This document shows, piece by piece, positions 28,571 to 38,374 of a stretch of 54,768 bases of DNA. The notes beneath the pieces were generated by a model, which ran no database searches, had not been told where the DNA came from, and saw only the letters and a program-made list of their open reading frames with translations. The DNA is taken from assembly GCA_035655175.1 (NCBI GenBank), contig DASRVG010000123.1, positions 1-54,768 of the forward strand. The letters are read 5' to 3'. Origin of the DNA: Clostridia bacterium. Its GTDB lineage: Bacteria > Bacillota > Clostridia > Ch29. How positions within the stretch are numbered: the first letter of the stretch is position 1; every line of letters starts with the position of its first letter. Both the position numbers and the translations under genes were made by a program.

Positions 28571-29537
28571 CTCCCTCGAAGGCCCTGTGACAAGCCACCC
28601 AGTGCGTTCCCAAAATCAATCCGGATGTCGGCTCGCTGTCACGGCATATTTCCTGCTTTTCCATGCACCTGGAATAATACCTGCATCCCCTTAGGTCTCT
28701 GTCTCTTTCTTCTTTTATAATGGTATTTACCCGGTTCACCCTTTCTCCCTTGTTCCTCGGTATGGCATTTAACAGGGTAAGGGTGTACGGGTGCCTGGGG
28801 TCTTTCAGCACTTCCCTTACACTGCCCGTCTCCACTATCCGACCCGCGTTCAGTATGGCAACCCTTTTGCATATGGCCGAAACAAGCCCCAGGTTGTTTG
28901 CAATAAACAGTACCGTAACCCCCAGTTCTCTCTGAAGTTCCGCTATAAGCTTTAATATTCCGGCCTGGATTGTAACGTCAAGGTTCCGGGTGGGCTCGTC
29001 GGCTATTAAAAACTCGGCTCCGCAGGACAGTGCAATGGCTATTACTATCCTCTGCCTCTGTCCGCCGCTGAGCTCGTGGGGGTATTTACCCATAATGTTT
29101 TTGGCATCCGGCAGTTTTACCATTTCAATCATTCCAAGGGCTTCCTTTTCCGCTTCTTTCCTGGAAATCCTCTTGTTGTTCCTGAAAACCCTTATTATCT
29201 GTTCTCCCACTGTAAAGACCGGGTTAAGGGTGGACATGGGGTCCTGGAATATCATCGAAATATGCCTGCCCCGTATCTTTCGCATTTCCGATTCGGGCTT
29301 TTGCAGCAAGTCTTCTCCATTAAATAGTATGCTGCCGCTTTCTATGACCGACGGGGGGGACGACAAAAGGCGTAATATGGTAAGGGCAAGCACCGTTTTC
29401 CCTGCACCGCTTTCGCCTACTATACCAAAGGTTTCTCCCTTATTCAGCACCATCGTATCTATATCCAGTACATTTTTTTGTCCCTCAAAAGTTTTAAAAC
29501 CCACCCTCAGTTCCTTTATCTTAAAATACTCACCCAT
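28536..29537 (-). CDS. oppD: Oligopeptide/dipeptide ABC transporter ATP-binding protein (OppD-type)
   Basis: GESGAGKT, LSGGQRQR, LIADEPT. ATG 29537 is preferred over GTG 29546. Confidence 0.9.
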   Translation of the reverse strand: MGEYFKIKELRVGFKTFEGQKNVLDIDTMVLNKGETFGIVGESGAGKTVLALTILRLLSSPPSVIESGSILFNGEDLLQKPESEMRKIRGRHISMIFQDPMSTLNPVFTVGEQIIRVFRNNKRISRKEAEKEALGMIEMVKLPDAKNIMGKYPHELSGGQRQRIVIAIALSCGAEFLIADEPTRNLDVTIQAGILKLIAELQRELGVTVLFIANNLGLVSAICKRVAILNAGRIVETGSVREVLKDPRHPYTLTLLNAIPRNKGERVNRVNTIIKEERDRDLRGCRYYSRCMEKQEICRDSEPTSGLILGTHWVACHRAFEGGEPGGGQHTEG

Positions 29538-29549
29538 GTTATCCACCCC

Positions 29550-30443
29550 TTAAATCTTTCTGGTCTTGGGGTCCAGTATTTCCCTTAAACCGTCTCCCAA
29601 TAGGTTAAAGACCAATACCGTGACAAATATTGCAAGACCCGGGAAAATGCTGTACCACCATGCATTCAGGAAATAATTCCTGCTGGTGCTCACCATAAGT
29701 CCCCACTCGGGAGTGGGAGGCTGCGCACCCAGGCCAAGGAAGCTGAGGGAAGCTATAGTGAGTATTACTCCGCCAATATCCATGGATGCCTGGACTATTA
29801 CCGGCGCTATGCAGTTGGGTACAATATGCCCAAAAATAATCCTCACCGGCGGGGTTCCTATCGCCCTTGCCGCTTTTACAAACTGCCTTTCCCTTATGGA
29901 CACCGCCTGACCCCTTATGAGCCTCGTATACCACGGCCACCAGGACACGCCGATGGCCAGCATTGCATTTTCAAGGCTGGGGCCAAGAAATGCGGCTATC
30001 GCTATGGCCAGCAGCAGGGGCGGGAAGCTTAGGAATATATCTGTAATCCTCATAATTACCTCATCCACCATTCCTCCGGTAGCCCCTGCAATCGCTCCCA
30101 GCGGTATTCCTATCAAAAGGGCAAGCCCTACCGCTATAAGGGCCGTCTGCAGCGAAATTCTTGTACCGTAAATAACACGGCTGAATATATCTCTTCCCAG
30201 TTCATCGGTCCCGAAATAGTACTTGCCGGAGGGAGGCAGCAGCTTATCCACCGGGTTGGCCTCGGTTTCTATATGTTCCGGGTGGGGAACTATAAAGGGA
30301 GCCGCCAGCGCGGTAAGACCAAGCAGAATAACCACGCCCAGCGACAACCGGGTCAGCCTGTTTCTGCACAGCAGGTATAAGGACAGCTTTATTTCCGTGA
30401 TTCTTGGTTTGATTGAATTCATTATTCCGGAGCTTTTGGTCAT
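29550..30443 (-). CDS. oppC: Oligopeptide ABC transporter permease (OppC-type)
   Basis: BPD-transport permease with the EAA-like loop ARAIGTPPVRIIFGHIVPN. ATG 30443 with GGAGG 8 nt upstream, 13 nt after the oppB stop. Confidence 0.9.
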   Translation of the reverse strand: MTKSSGIMNSIKPRITEIKLSLYLLCRNRLTRLSLGVVILLGLTALAAPFIVPHPEHIETEANPVDKLLPPSGKYYFGTDELGRDIFSRVIYGTRISLQTALIAVGLALLIGIPLGAIAGATGGMVDEVIMRITDIFLSFPPLLLAIAIAAFLGPSLENAMLAIGVSWWPWYTRLIRGQAVSIRERQFVKAARAIGTPPVRIIFGHIVPNCIAPVIVQASMDIGGVILTIASLSFLGLGAQPPTPEWGLMVSTSRNYFLNAWWYSIFPGLAIFVTVLVFNLLGDGLREILDPKTRKI

Positions 30444-30456
30444 GCCGTATACCTCC

Positions 30457-31467
30457 CTATACCCGGACTCTCGGGTCCAGGGCAATTATTACGTCCGCAA
30501 CAAGGTTCAACACCACGTAGGCACAGGCTGAGAAGATGGTGACCCCCATTATCGCCGGATAGTCAAGGCTTATTACCGCCGACGAGATGTAGCTTCCTAT
30601 TCCCGGCCAGCTGAATATAGCTTCCACCAGGAACGTATTGACCAGGGTATACCCGATGGACAGTGCCACCACGGTGGCCGTCGGGCCAAGCGAATTCTTC
30701 AGCGCATAGGACCAAAGCACCATCCTTTCGGGCAGTCCATAGGAACGGGCCGCCCTTATATAGTCCTCGTCCAGTATCTCCAACAGCGCCGAACGGGTCA
30801 TACGCGCCACCAGGCCTATCGGGTACAGGGCAACGGTTATCCCCGGCAGTATAATATGGGCCAGCGCATCCCGGAAAACCACAAAATCACCGGTTATAAG
30901 GCTGTCAAACATCAAGAAACCCGTTATATGTGGAATTTCGCGGGTCAGCTTTATCCCCATGCTCAGCTGACCTCCCAAAGGGAGCAGCCCCAGCCACCTG
31001 TAGAATATAAGCTGCAGGAACATGCCTACCCAAAAGGTAGGCAGCGACACCGCCCCCACCGAAAAGAACCTGCTTACATGGTCCACCATATGGTCCTTTC
31101 TCTTGGCGGATGCAACGCCTAAGGGTATACCAATGATAACGGCCACTATGGTGGATACCAGCACAAGTTCAATGGTGGCCGGCAGGTATGCCTTAAGCTC
31201 CGCGGATACCGGCTGGTGGGACCTCAACGACCTTCCAAGGTCGCCCTTAGCCAAATCGGCAAGGTATCTCTCCAGTTGAACGTACAAGGGCTTGTCCAGT
31301 CCCAGTTCGATCTTTGCAGCCTCGATCTGCTCGGCGGTTGCTCTCTGCCCTACCCACTGGGCGGCAGGGTTTGAAGGTATCACCCTCGTAAGTACAAATG
31401 TAATCAGTATCACCCCGAACAAAACCAGGATGCCCAGCAAAACCCTTTTTACAATAAAAGACCTCAT
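30457..31467 (-). CDS. oppB: Oligopeptide ABC transporter permease (OppB-type)
   Basis: MRSFIVKRVLLGILVLFGVILITFVL N-terminus and YIRAARSYGLPERMVLWSYALKN loop. Confidence 0.9.
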   Translation of the reverse strand: MRSFIVKRVLLGILVLFGVILITFVLTRVIPSNPAAQWVGQRATAEQIEAAKIELGLDKPLYVQLERYLADLAKGDLGRSLRSHQPVSAELKAYLPATIELVLVSTIVAVIIGIPLGVASAKRKDHMVDHVSRFFSVGAVSLPTFWVGMFLQLIFYRWLGLLPLGGQLSMGIKLTREIPHITGFLMFDSLITGDFVVFRDALAHIILPGITVALYPIGLVARMTRSALLEILDEDYIRAARSYGLPERMVLWSYALKNSLGPTATVVALSIGYTLVNTFLVEAIFSWPGIGSYISSAVISLDYPAIMGVTIFSACAYVVLNLVADVIIALDPRVRV

Positions 31468-31526
31468 CTGGAAACTCCTCCCTGGGAAAACATGCGAAAG
31501 GGGCTAAACAATAGCCCCTTTAACTC

Positions 31527-33125
31527 CTATTCACGGTATGTGTCATAGAAGAACACCACGTTGGGGTATATGGGGTTGCTCTTAAATCCTTTGAAGGAGC
31601 TGTTTGTAACCCATACATATTTTTTATCGTAGGCAAATATCGAGGGCGCCTCATCAACAAGAATTTCCTGGGCTTGGATATACAGGTTTTCCGCCTCCTC
31701 AATATCTATACCGCTCATTTCGTTGCCCTTGTCTATCAACCGGTCATACTCTGCGTTCTTCCAATATGACAGGTTGAACAGTATTTCCTCCTCACTGTGG
31801 TACAGGCTGTAGAGCCAACTGTAGGGACTGGCATAGTCAGGCCACCAGTACATTGTCAGTAAGTCCTGCCGTTTCTGGGCGTCGGGATTCCTTGAAAGCT
31901 CCCACTGGCTCTCCCACGGCATACCCCTTATTTCCATGTTAATGCCTATTTTTGCAAGTTCCGCCTTGAACAGTTCCGCTGTCTTTTTCTCGGCCTCGTC
32001 CCCCGCCATATAGGTGAACAGAAGCTCCAGGCCGCCGTCCGGATATCCGGCCCGGGCAAGCAGTTCCCTGGCCTTGTCCAGGTCGTGCCGGTACTGGAAC
32101 AGGTTATCGCCATGGCCCCAGTGCCCTACGGGTATTGGTCCCCTGCCCTGGACCGCGTAACCTCCCATTGCGTACTTCACAACGTCCCCGTATGGGAATG
32201 CATAAGAAATGGCTTGCCTTACCAGCTTGTTGTCAAGGGGTGCCTTTTCGGTATTAAAGAATACTAGCAGGTTCTGGAATGAAGGCACCTCCATCACATT
32301 TACGGCAGGATTACCCTTAAGGACTTCAATATCCTCATAGGGGAGCTCCATTGTGACATCCGCCTCTCCCTTTTCAACCAACTGGCGCCTTGATGCGGTT
32401 TCAGGTATTTTCTTTATAACAACCTTGTCAAAATGCTCGCCTTCCCATCCCTTCCAGTAGTCGTCGAACTTGGTAAGGACAACCTCGTCACCCATTTTGA
32501 AGCTCTGAAGCGTATAGGGCCCGGTTCCCGCCACGTTGCCCTGGGAGAACCAGTCCTCGGGATTAGCCTCTATCGCTTCGGAGGACATTATAAACGCCGC
32601 ATACCCGGAACTGGCTATAAGGTCCAGCGGAGCCGGGTATTTAAGTTTAAAGTCCACGGTATAATCGTCTTTAACCACTATCTCCTCCACCGGGTCCCAG
32701 ACAAAGGCCGCCCCCTGGCCCAAAGCTATGGTCCTGTCTATGGATGCCTTAACATCTTTCGCAGTAAGGTCTGCCCCGTTGTGAAACTTTACTCCTTCCC
32801 TTATCTTGAAGGTCCAGGTCAAGCCATCGTCACTTTTGGTGTACTCGGTGGCCAGCACTGGTATCACTTCCTCGCTTATGGGTTCATACCTGAGCAGCGT
32901 CTCATACACGTTGTTAAGCACTACAATTCCATTGGAATACTCCACGCTCGGGTCCCAATCCAGTATAGGCTCGCTGTTGAAAGCATAAAAGGCTATTTTG
33001 GGCTGTACTTCCCCGGCATCGTTTTGGCCAACATCTCTTCCCCCGCACCCGGACGCGGCTAAGGTTACCAGCATAACCAGTATCACTGTCATAACGATGC
33101 TTTTTTTCCCTGAATACAGTTTCAT
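31527..33125 (-). CDS. oppA: ABC transporter substrate-binding lipoprotein, family 5 (OppA/DppA-like)
   Basis: 532 aa with lipobox LAASGC and an SBP_bac_5-type sequence. Confidence 0.85.
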   Translation of the reverse strand: MKLYSGKKSIVMTVILVMLVTLAASGCGGRDVGQNDAGEVQPKIAFYAFNSEPILDWDPSVEYSNGIVVLNNVYETLLRYEPISEEVIPVLATEYTKSDDGLTWTFKIREGVKFHNGADLTAKDVKASIDRTIALGQGAAFVWDPVEEIVVKDDYTVDFKLKYPAPLDLIASSGYAAFIMSSEAIEANPEDWFSQGNVAGTGPYTLQSFKMGDEVVLTKFDDYWKGWEGEHFDKVVIKKIPETASRRQLVEKGEADVTMELPYEDIEVLKGNPAVNVMEVPSFQNLLVFFNTEKAPLDNKLVRQAISYAFPYGDVVKYAMGGYAVQGRGPIPVGHWGHGDNLFQYRHDLDKARELLARAGYPDGGLELLFTYMAGDEAEKKTAELFKAELAKIGINMEIRGMPWESQWELSRNPDAQKRQDLLTMYWWPDYASPYSWLYSLYHSEEEILFNLSYWKNAEYDRLIDKGNEMSGIDIEEAENLYIQAQEILVDEAPSIFAYDKKYVWVTNSSFKGFKSNPIYPNVVFFYDTYRE

Positions 33126-33355
33126 AAATATGCACCTCCTTATAAGAATAACCTGCGGAACCGTTTATTCTTCAGTTCTGTCCTCCCTACTGCAGTCCCT
33201 TTAATTTACATTAACCGGGTAAATTGTCATGCGCAGATTCTCAATAAGCAGACCCCGCCACTATTTGTATAATTATTAATAATTCTATGAACAAGTCCAA
33301 TTTCCTTTGGTAATTCAACAAATATCAATCGGTGAGTTTGTTGTTTTTACAAAGT

Positions 33356-34498
33356 TTACTTTATTATCTTGTGCACCTTGACTGCTATGGATATTTTCTC
33401 GTAAAAGCTTCCTTCCATCCCCTTCATGTCCAGGATTTCCTTTATCTTATTCAGCCGATACCTGATTGTGTTCTGATGCTGGTATAGGCTCTCAGCGGTT
33501 TTCCCAATGTCGCCGTCATTTTCAACAAAAGCTATGGCCGTGTTTAAAAGGCTTGTGCCCTTTTGCCTGTCGTAGTTTTCCAAAGGGGCTACTATCTCAT
33601 CATGGAACCTCTTAAGTTCCGGCTCATCCTTTATAAGCATGAGCAGCCTGTACACCCCGAGGTCGTTGTAGTAAACCCTTTTTTCGCTGTTTCCTTCCGC
33701 CACCTCGCAGGAAAGCAGAGCCTCCCTTATACACGTATTAAGGCTTCCCAGGCTGTGGTGCAGCCTGCTAATACCAAGCCTGTAATCGCCGAAATAATGG
33801 CCAATGTCTTCAACCAATTGCTCCAGCTGCATATTTATGCGTCCCTTTGGTCCCTTCTCAAAGCTGGTTAATATGAGTATGCCATCTTCATATTTCAAAA
33901 AAGACCAGTGGTCCTTATCCCTGTAAACATTTTTCAGTACCTGGATACCCGTCCCCTGGTTTGGACTGCACTTAAAATACAGCGCCGCCATGCTTTCGCG
34001 GAACATGCTGTTTATACTCTTTGCAGTGGTGATTATTTCCTGCTCGGTTACCGACGGCCGGAGAAGACTGCGGATGGTCATCTCGGTGATGGTTTTTTCC
34101 TGGTGCTTTATAATCGCATCCATTATATCGGTGATTACCGCCGCATAGGGTACGAAATTTGATATCATCACGACAGGATAGGCCGTTTTGTCGGCGAACT
34201 CCTTAATATCGGTATTAAGGTCGTCCATATACAGGTCGATGAGACACAGGCCGCTTGAATTGGTATCCACCAGCAGCCTTAGAGTATTCATCTGGGCCGT
34301 TGGGTCGTCCTTTATTGCATAAAAGCTGGATATATAAAAGTCCCCCTTGCCCATAACCGTGCCAAAGTCGTCCAAGTCGGGGCTTTCCAGCACGCTCACG
34401 CGGTTTATAAGCCTGTCAAAGCCGGACGCCCCTGCAATTATCCTTGCTCCTTTAAAACATTCCAGCCCCATGGCTTCCCTGACGCTAATGCTCATCAT
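33356..34498 (-). CDS. PucR-family transcriptional regulator
   Basis: 380 aa. The N-terminus resembles purine-catabolism PucR. The C-terminal HTH reads GDIGKTAESLYQHQNTIRYRLNKIKEIL. Confidence 0.85.
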   Translation of the reverse strand: MMSISVREAMGLECFKGARIIAGASGFDRLINRVSVLESPDLDDFGTVMGKGDFYISSFYAIKDDPTAQMNTLRLLVDTNSSGLCLIDLYMDDLNTDIKEFADKTAYPVVMISNFVPYAAVITDIMDAIIKHQEKTITEMTIRSLLRPSVTEQEIITTAKSINSMFRESMAALYFKCSPNQGTGIQVLKNVYRDKDHWSFLKYEDGILILTSFEKGPKGRINMQLEQLVEDIGHYFGDYRLGISRLHHSLGSLNTCIREALLSCEVAEGNSEKRVYYNDLGVYRLLMLIKDEPELKRFHDEIVAPLENYDRQKGTSLLNTAIAFVENDGDIGKTAESLYQHQNTIRYRLNKIKEILDMKGMEGSFYEKISIAVKVHKIIK

Positions 34499-34773
34499 TA
34501 TCCCCCCAGTATATGACTGGTAAGCTCTTCTATTACCTGGTCAAGCTTGTCAATAAACCTACCTTTATCGCCCATGCACATATCCTGAAGGCGCTCAATC
34601 TTTTCGTTCAACCTGAAGTAAAACTCATCGGTCTCACCGGGCCTTAGCGTTCCCAGCAGCATGGAATAGGCCTCAAGCAGCCTCAGCGGCCCGTAGAGGG
34701 GAGGTTCGTCCACGCATCCCCTTGCGCTTGTAATAAGGAAAGTAAATATCTTTGCCTGGTCATCCCTGTTCAT
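34498..34773 (-). CDS. Small conserved protein, DUF6092-like
   Basis: 91 aa. FLITSARGCVDEPPLYGPLRLLEAYSMLL resembles the DUF6092 core as I remember it. It is coupled to both neighbours by ATGA overlap. Confidence 0.5.
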   Translation of the reverse strand: MNRDDQAKIFTFLITSARGCVDEPPLYGPLRLLEAYSMLLGTLRPGETDEFYFRLNEKIERLQDMCMGDKGRFIDKLDQVIEELTSHILGG

Positions 34774-35303
34774 ACTGTTTCATCTCGCTTTTCCCAGTTT
34801 TCATAGTGTATTACCTCCGAAAGGTTTTTCCTTTCCGGCGCCTCCGGCAGGACATCGTAATAGCCAACCGTTACAAGCATGAGTACCGTCACTTCGCCGG
34901 GCAGCTTTAGAATGCGGTTTATGGACTTTTCGTTGTATGACTTAACCACGCAGGTGCCAAGGCCCAGGTGGTGGGCTTTAAGCAGCATGTTCTGCGCTGC
35001 GAAAGCCGCATCAACCGGCGCGATGTTCTTTGCGAACTCCCCGCACCTTTTCTCTGCCTCCTCAAGGTCGGCGCAAATCGCTATTACGCAGGGCGCCGTC
35101 CTGGGCATGCCCGGCGAAAACAGCTTCACTTTTTCAAGTGTCCCTTTATCCCGGACTACCACATAATGCAGCATCTGGGAATTCCCTGCATTCGGGGCCC
35201 ATATAGCAGCATTAATCATCGCCTCTATTTTGTCCTTATCAACTTTCCTGCCATTATACTGCCTTACACTTCTTCTTGAAACAACCATCTCGTCAAAGGT
35301 CAT
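34770..35303 (-). CDS. Nitroreductase-family FMN oxidoreductase
   Basis: 177 aa. RRSVRQY, APNAGNSQ and GLGTCVV are typical nitroreductase-fold motifs. Confidence 0.85.
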   Translation of the reverse strand: MTFDEMVVSRRSVRQYNGRKVDKDKIEAMINAAIWAPNAGNSQMLHYVVVRDKGTLEKVKLFSPGMPRTAPCVIAICADLEEAEKRCGEFAKNIAPVDAAFAAQNMLLKAHHLGLGTCVVKSYNEKSINRILKLPGEVTVLMLVTVGYYDVLPEAPERKNLSEVIHYENWEKRDETV

Positions 35304-35446
35304 TTTTACTTCTCCACCCTTTCACTTACAAGGCTGCGTCCTGAAAGGCCCGCGCAAATGATTGCCGCCGCCGCAATCCCAACGTCCCTCCTTATCTTCT
35401 CCAAAGGCTAATACCTGCAAAATTATCTTGATAATAGTTTATCATT

Positions 35447-35477
35447 AAAAACCGGCCAGGCCGGTGCCGGTTTTTTT
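35447..35477. terminator. Bidirectional rho-independent terminator
   Basis: AAAAACCGGC..caggccggt..GCCGGTTTTTTT, with an A-run before and a T-run after the GC stem. Confidence 0.7.
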
Positions 35478-35636
35478 ACGGTATTTCCTTTATTCGCAAA
35501 GAACCGGGCTAAAAAACGTTTCTTAATGCTTCAAGGTCCGGGAAGGGCATGGCATCCGGTTAAAGCGAATCACCCTGTTTGTTCAATCTCGGTAACGCAT
35601 TCGTTCTTAATCTTTCCGACCAGGAATTGAAGGGCA

Positions 35637-35894
35637 TCAATAACATGGGGCCTTATATCGCCGCCTACCAGTACATACAGGCACTGTTTTATTGAAATGC
35701 TGGTATACTATTCTTGGACTCACTTTGGTTATTCCCTTCGGGAGAGCTTTTGCGAACACAATGACCGATTTGCATTGGGGATAGACATCCGTTGGGTGAA
35801 ACCCCTTCGGAGCCTCTCCGAACCTATCAATGCCTGCAAAACCGCAAACATCGGCGCCCAGATCCATAAAGATTTTCCTTATATTTTCCTTCAT
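35637..35894 (-). pseudogene. Truncated N-terminal fragment of a 4Fe-4S reductase-like (epoxyqueuosine-reductase / reductive-dehalogenase-related) gene
   Basis: MKENIRKIFMDLGADVCGFAGIDRFGEAPKGFHPTDVYPQCKSVIVFAKALPKG resembles the N-terminal domain of that family, but the frame stops after 85 aa with no Cys-cluster region. Downstream frames carry only short fragments. Confidence 0.35.
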
Positions 35895-36072
35895 GAGGAC
35901 CCCCCTATAAGTAAAAGTATAAGTACCCTTTATTTTAAACCAAATCCACCGGATAATCCAGCCGGATAAATACTCCAGCCCCAAACCCGGGTGCAGCTGC
36001 GCCTTGTTTCCGCTTTCTGAGCTTTTGGGCCTGATTTTTAGGCACCTGCTCCATCGGTGGTACCCCTTCGAC

Positions 36073-36516
36073 TTAGTATCTTGGTGATTTACTTTGCTCG
36101 TAAAAAAACTCAATAACTCCTATTTCCTTCATTCGATTGTTTTTCTCTAACCATCTTGCTTTAAGCCTTTCATCTATATGGCTGCTGCATGGGTAATCAT
36201 TGCACTGGAAGCAAAAATCTACCCCTTTTTCTTTATGACATGTCTTAACATGACAATCAATGGGACATTTTATATCATTACTCCTGCAGCCGCCACATGA
36301 TGCATTAGCAAATGCTTCTAAAACTTCTTTGAATTTGCCGAACCCTTCAAAGGCAGGAATAACTCCCGACCTGATTTTTGCCATCCTTTCGTAGCCCTTG
36401 AGCAATTCCGATAATCTAACGCTCAGTTCCCTAATTTCTCCGTTCTTGTGATCTGCACATCGGCTGCAGTCCAATCCGCATGCGGCCAGTTTTTGAACGA
36501 CCTGGCTGTATCCCAT
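36073..36516 (-). CDS. DUF3795-family Cys-rich protein
   Basis: 147 aa. CGLDCSRCADH, CGGCRS, CPIDCHVKTCH, FCFQCNDYPC. Confidence 0.75.
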   Translation of the reverse strand: MGYSQVVQKLAACGLDCSRCADHKNGEIRELSVRLSELLKGYERMAKIRSGVIPAFEGFGKFKEVLEAFANASCGGCRSNDIKCPIDCHVKTCHKEKGVDFCFQCNDYPCSSHIDERLKARWLEKNNRMKEIGVIEFFYEQSKSPRY

Positions 36517-36577
36517 AACAAACCGCCTCCAAAAATTTTTATAGGCCCCATAGAACTTCTTTAAAGAACCATGACTT

Positions 36578-37339
36578 CTATTTAAATAGATTTCGTCCCA
36601 AAAAATCCGAAAACCTGCCTATGGCTCTTTGAATCGGTCCCAAATGAATATCGTAATAATAATCGGACTTAAACCAACCCTTCTCTTTATAATACTCATA
36701 ATCATATAGCTTTAAATCTGAACCTTGAAGCCCTGAACGTGTCATTCTGAACGTCATTATCTTAAACAGCGAAGGTTTAACCGGTTTTTCTTCGTTAAGC
36801 CTTTTATTAAATCGGCTTGCCAGGTTCATAATATTTGCTTTTAATTTTTCAAGCTGTTTTTCCGGTATTGGTTCAGGGGTAATAACTGTCGCACCCCTTA
36901 TCACATCAAATCCCAGATTACGCCCTACACTTTCAAGGTACTTTTGAGTTTGGTTCCCAAAGGGGATGAACTGTGCTGTTATAGCTGTGAAGGTTTTTTT
37001 GAAAAACCTCGGCCTGTGATAGATAAATGCAATCCTGTCAATAAAATTTTTCATTCGTCCTGAAACCTGAAACGCATAGCTTGGACTTGCGAAAACTACG
37101 CCATCCGACTCTTCCATTTTTGCTATAAGCACATTACGATCATCGTTATGAGGGCAGAATTGCTCGCCTTTATCAAAGCATACCTTGCACCCGCTGCAAA
37201 ACTCAAGATTATAGTCGTTCAAAAAAACGTACTCAAAATCTATGTCACCAAATTTTTTTAAGCTTTTTTCAAATTCCTGAACTGCTAAGTAAGTTCCTTT
37301 TTTCCTAGCACTACCAATAAACGCAGTAATTTTTTTCAC
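36578..37339 (-). CDS. Flavodoxin-like NAD(P)H-dependent FMN reductase (iron-sulfur-flavoprotein-like)
   Basis: 253 aa. KKITAFIGSARKKGTY, CSGCKVCFDKGEQFCP, VVFASPSYAFQVSGRMKNFIDR. Confidence 0.75.
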   Translation of the reverse strand: MKKITAFIGSARKKGTYLAVQEFEKSLKKFGDIDFEYVFLNDYNLEFCSGCKVCFDKGEQFCPHNDDRNVLIAKMEESDGVVFASPSYAFQVSGRMKNFIDRIAFIYHRPRFFKKTFTAITAQFIPFGNQTQKYLESVGRNLGFDVIRGATVITPEPIPEKQLEKLKANIMNLASRFNKRLNEEKPVKPSLFKIMTFRMTRSGLQGSDLKLYDYEYYKEKGWFKSDYYYDIHLGPIQRAIGRFSDFLGRNLFK

Positions 37340-37382
37340 GGTTGACCCCCTTACCGAGTATTTTCAAGTTGTTTGAAAATTG

Positions 37383-37595
37383 CTATTTTTCAAGATTAAT
37401 AATCATTTTTCTGCATTCATAACATTTATACGCTCTCACTTTAAGTCTAAAAGAATTCTCAACGTGGGGTAATACTTCTGCGCCACGTGCAAATCCCAAA
37501 AACAATTTCTTGTCGGCAGGCAGCCATTTCAAAGAATATCTATCGCCATAAATATAGCCTTCTACCAATTCCTTTTGACAATATGGGCATTCCAC
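37383..37595 (-). CDS. Small zinc-ribbon protein (CPYC...CYEC)
   Basis: 70 aa with a CxxC pair at each end. Confidence 0.55.
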   Translation of the reverse strand: MECPYCQKELVEGYIYGDRYSLKWLPADKKLFLGFARGAEVLPHVENSFRLKVRAYKCYECRKMIINLEK

Positions 37596-37698
37596 CTTAT
37601 CACCTTCTCAAAATTTAGTTTGCAATCGGATTATTGCAGCACATTAACTATCTTTAGATGCCAGTAGAACACCTGCCCCTAGAATAATACATTCTTTT

Positions 37699-38085
37699 TT
37701 ATATGCTCACTTCAAATATCGAACCCTCGCGTTTATATCCCTGTTTCTTGTAGTATTCATCCACATCGGACATCACAAATACAGTTTGCCGGGGATAATC
37801 TTTACATACACACTCCATGAGTTTACGCCCAATATTCTGTGCCCGAAAACTCTTTGCAACCAGCAAATCGCAAATATAGATATAGAAATCTCCATCCCTG
37901 ATGGAACGCGAATACCCGCACAGAATGCCGTCTTCGTAAGCCACATAAGTTATTGAGTTTGCTAATAAATCCTTATACTTCCCGGCAACATCGGCAGCAT
38001 AATAACACTCCCATTCATCGCCCTCAGCTTCAATCATTCTCATCAAGGCATCCTCATCCTCTTTTGTGTACCTTCTTATTTGCAT
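37699..38085 (-). CDS. GNAT-family N-acetyltransferase
   Basis: 128 aa from ATG 38085 (AGAGGTG RBS). DLLVAKSFRAQNIGRKLME is the acetyl-CoA-binding motif A. The track's longer ORF is an upstream extension. Confidence 0.8.
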   Translation of the reverse strand: MQIRRYTKEDEDALMRMIEAEGDEWECYYAADVAGKYKDLLANSITYVAYEDGILCGYSRSIRDGDFYIYICDLLVAKSFRAQNIGRKLMECVCKDYPRQTVFVMSDVDEYYKKQGYKREGSIFEVSI

Positions 38086-38374
38086 AAAATAACACCTCTT
38101 GATATGTTTTTTTAATATAGCGTTATCAATACATACAATAACGAAGGTACCAGAGACCATACTCACATATCCCGCCGCAGGACTCTGCAGCCTTGACTCC
38201 AATTTGCATAATGGGCAGCAAGTTTGCTACGCCCGCCGACCTTAGATAGTTCTTATGTCGGCTCTTCCTTGCATTGCACCTCTTTTAGATTGTCTCCTGT
38301 TCGTTGAATATACTGAAAATCTTCAAGAAAATCTGAATATATGATTTCTCCTACAACCATTAGGGTAAACAGTT

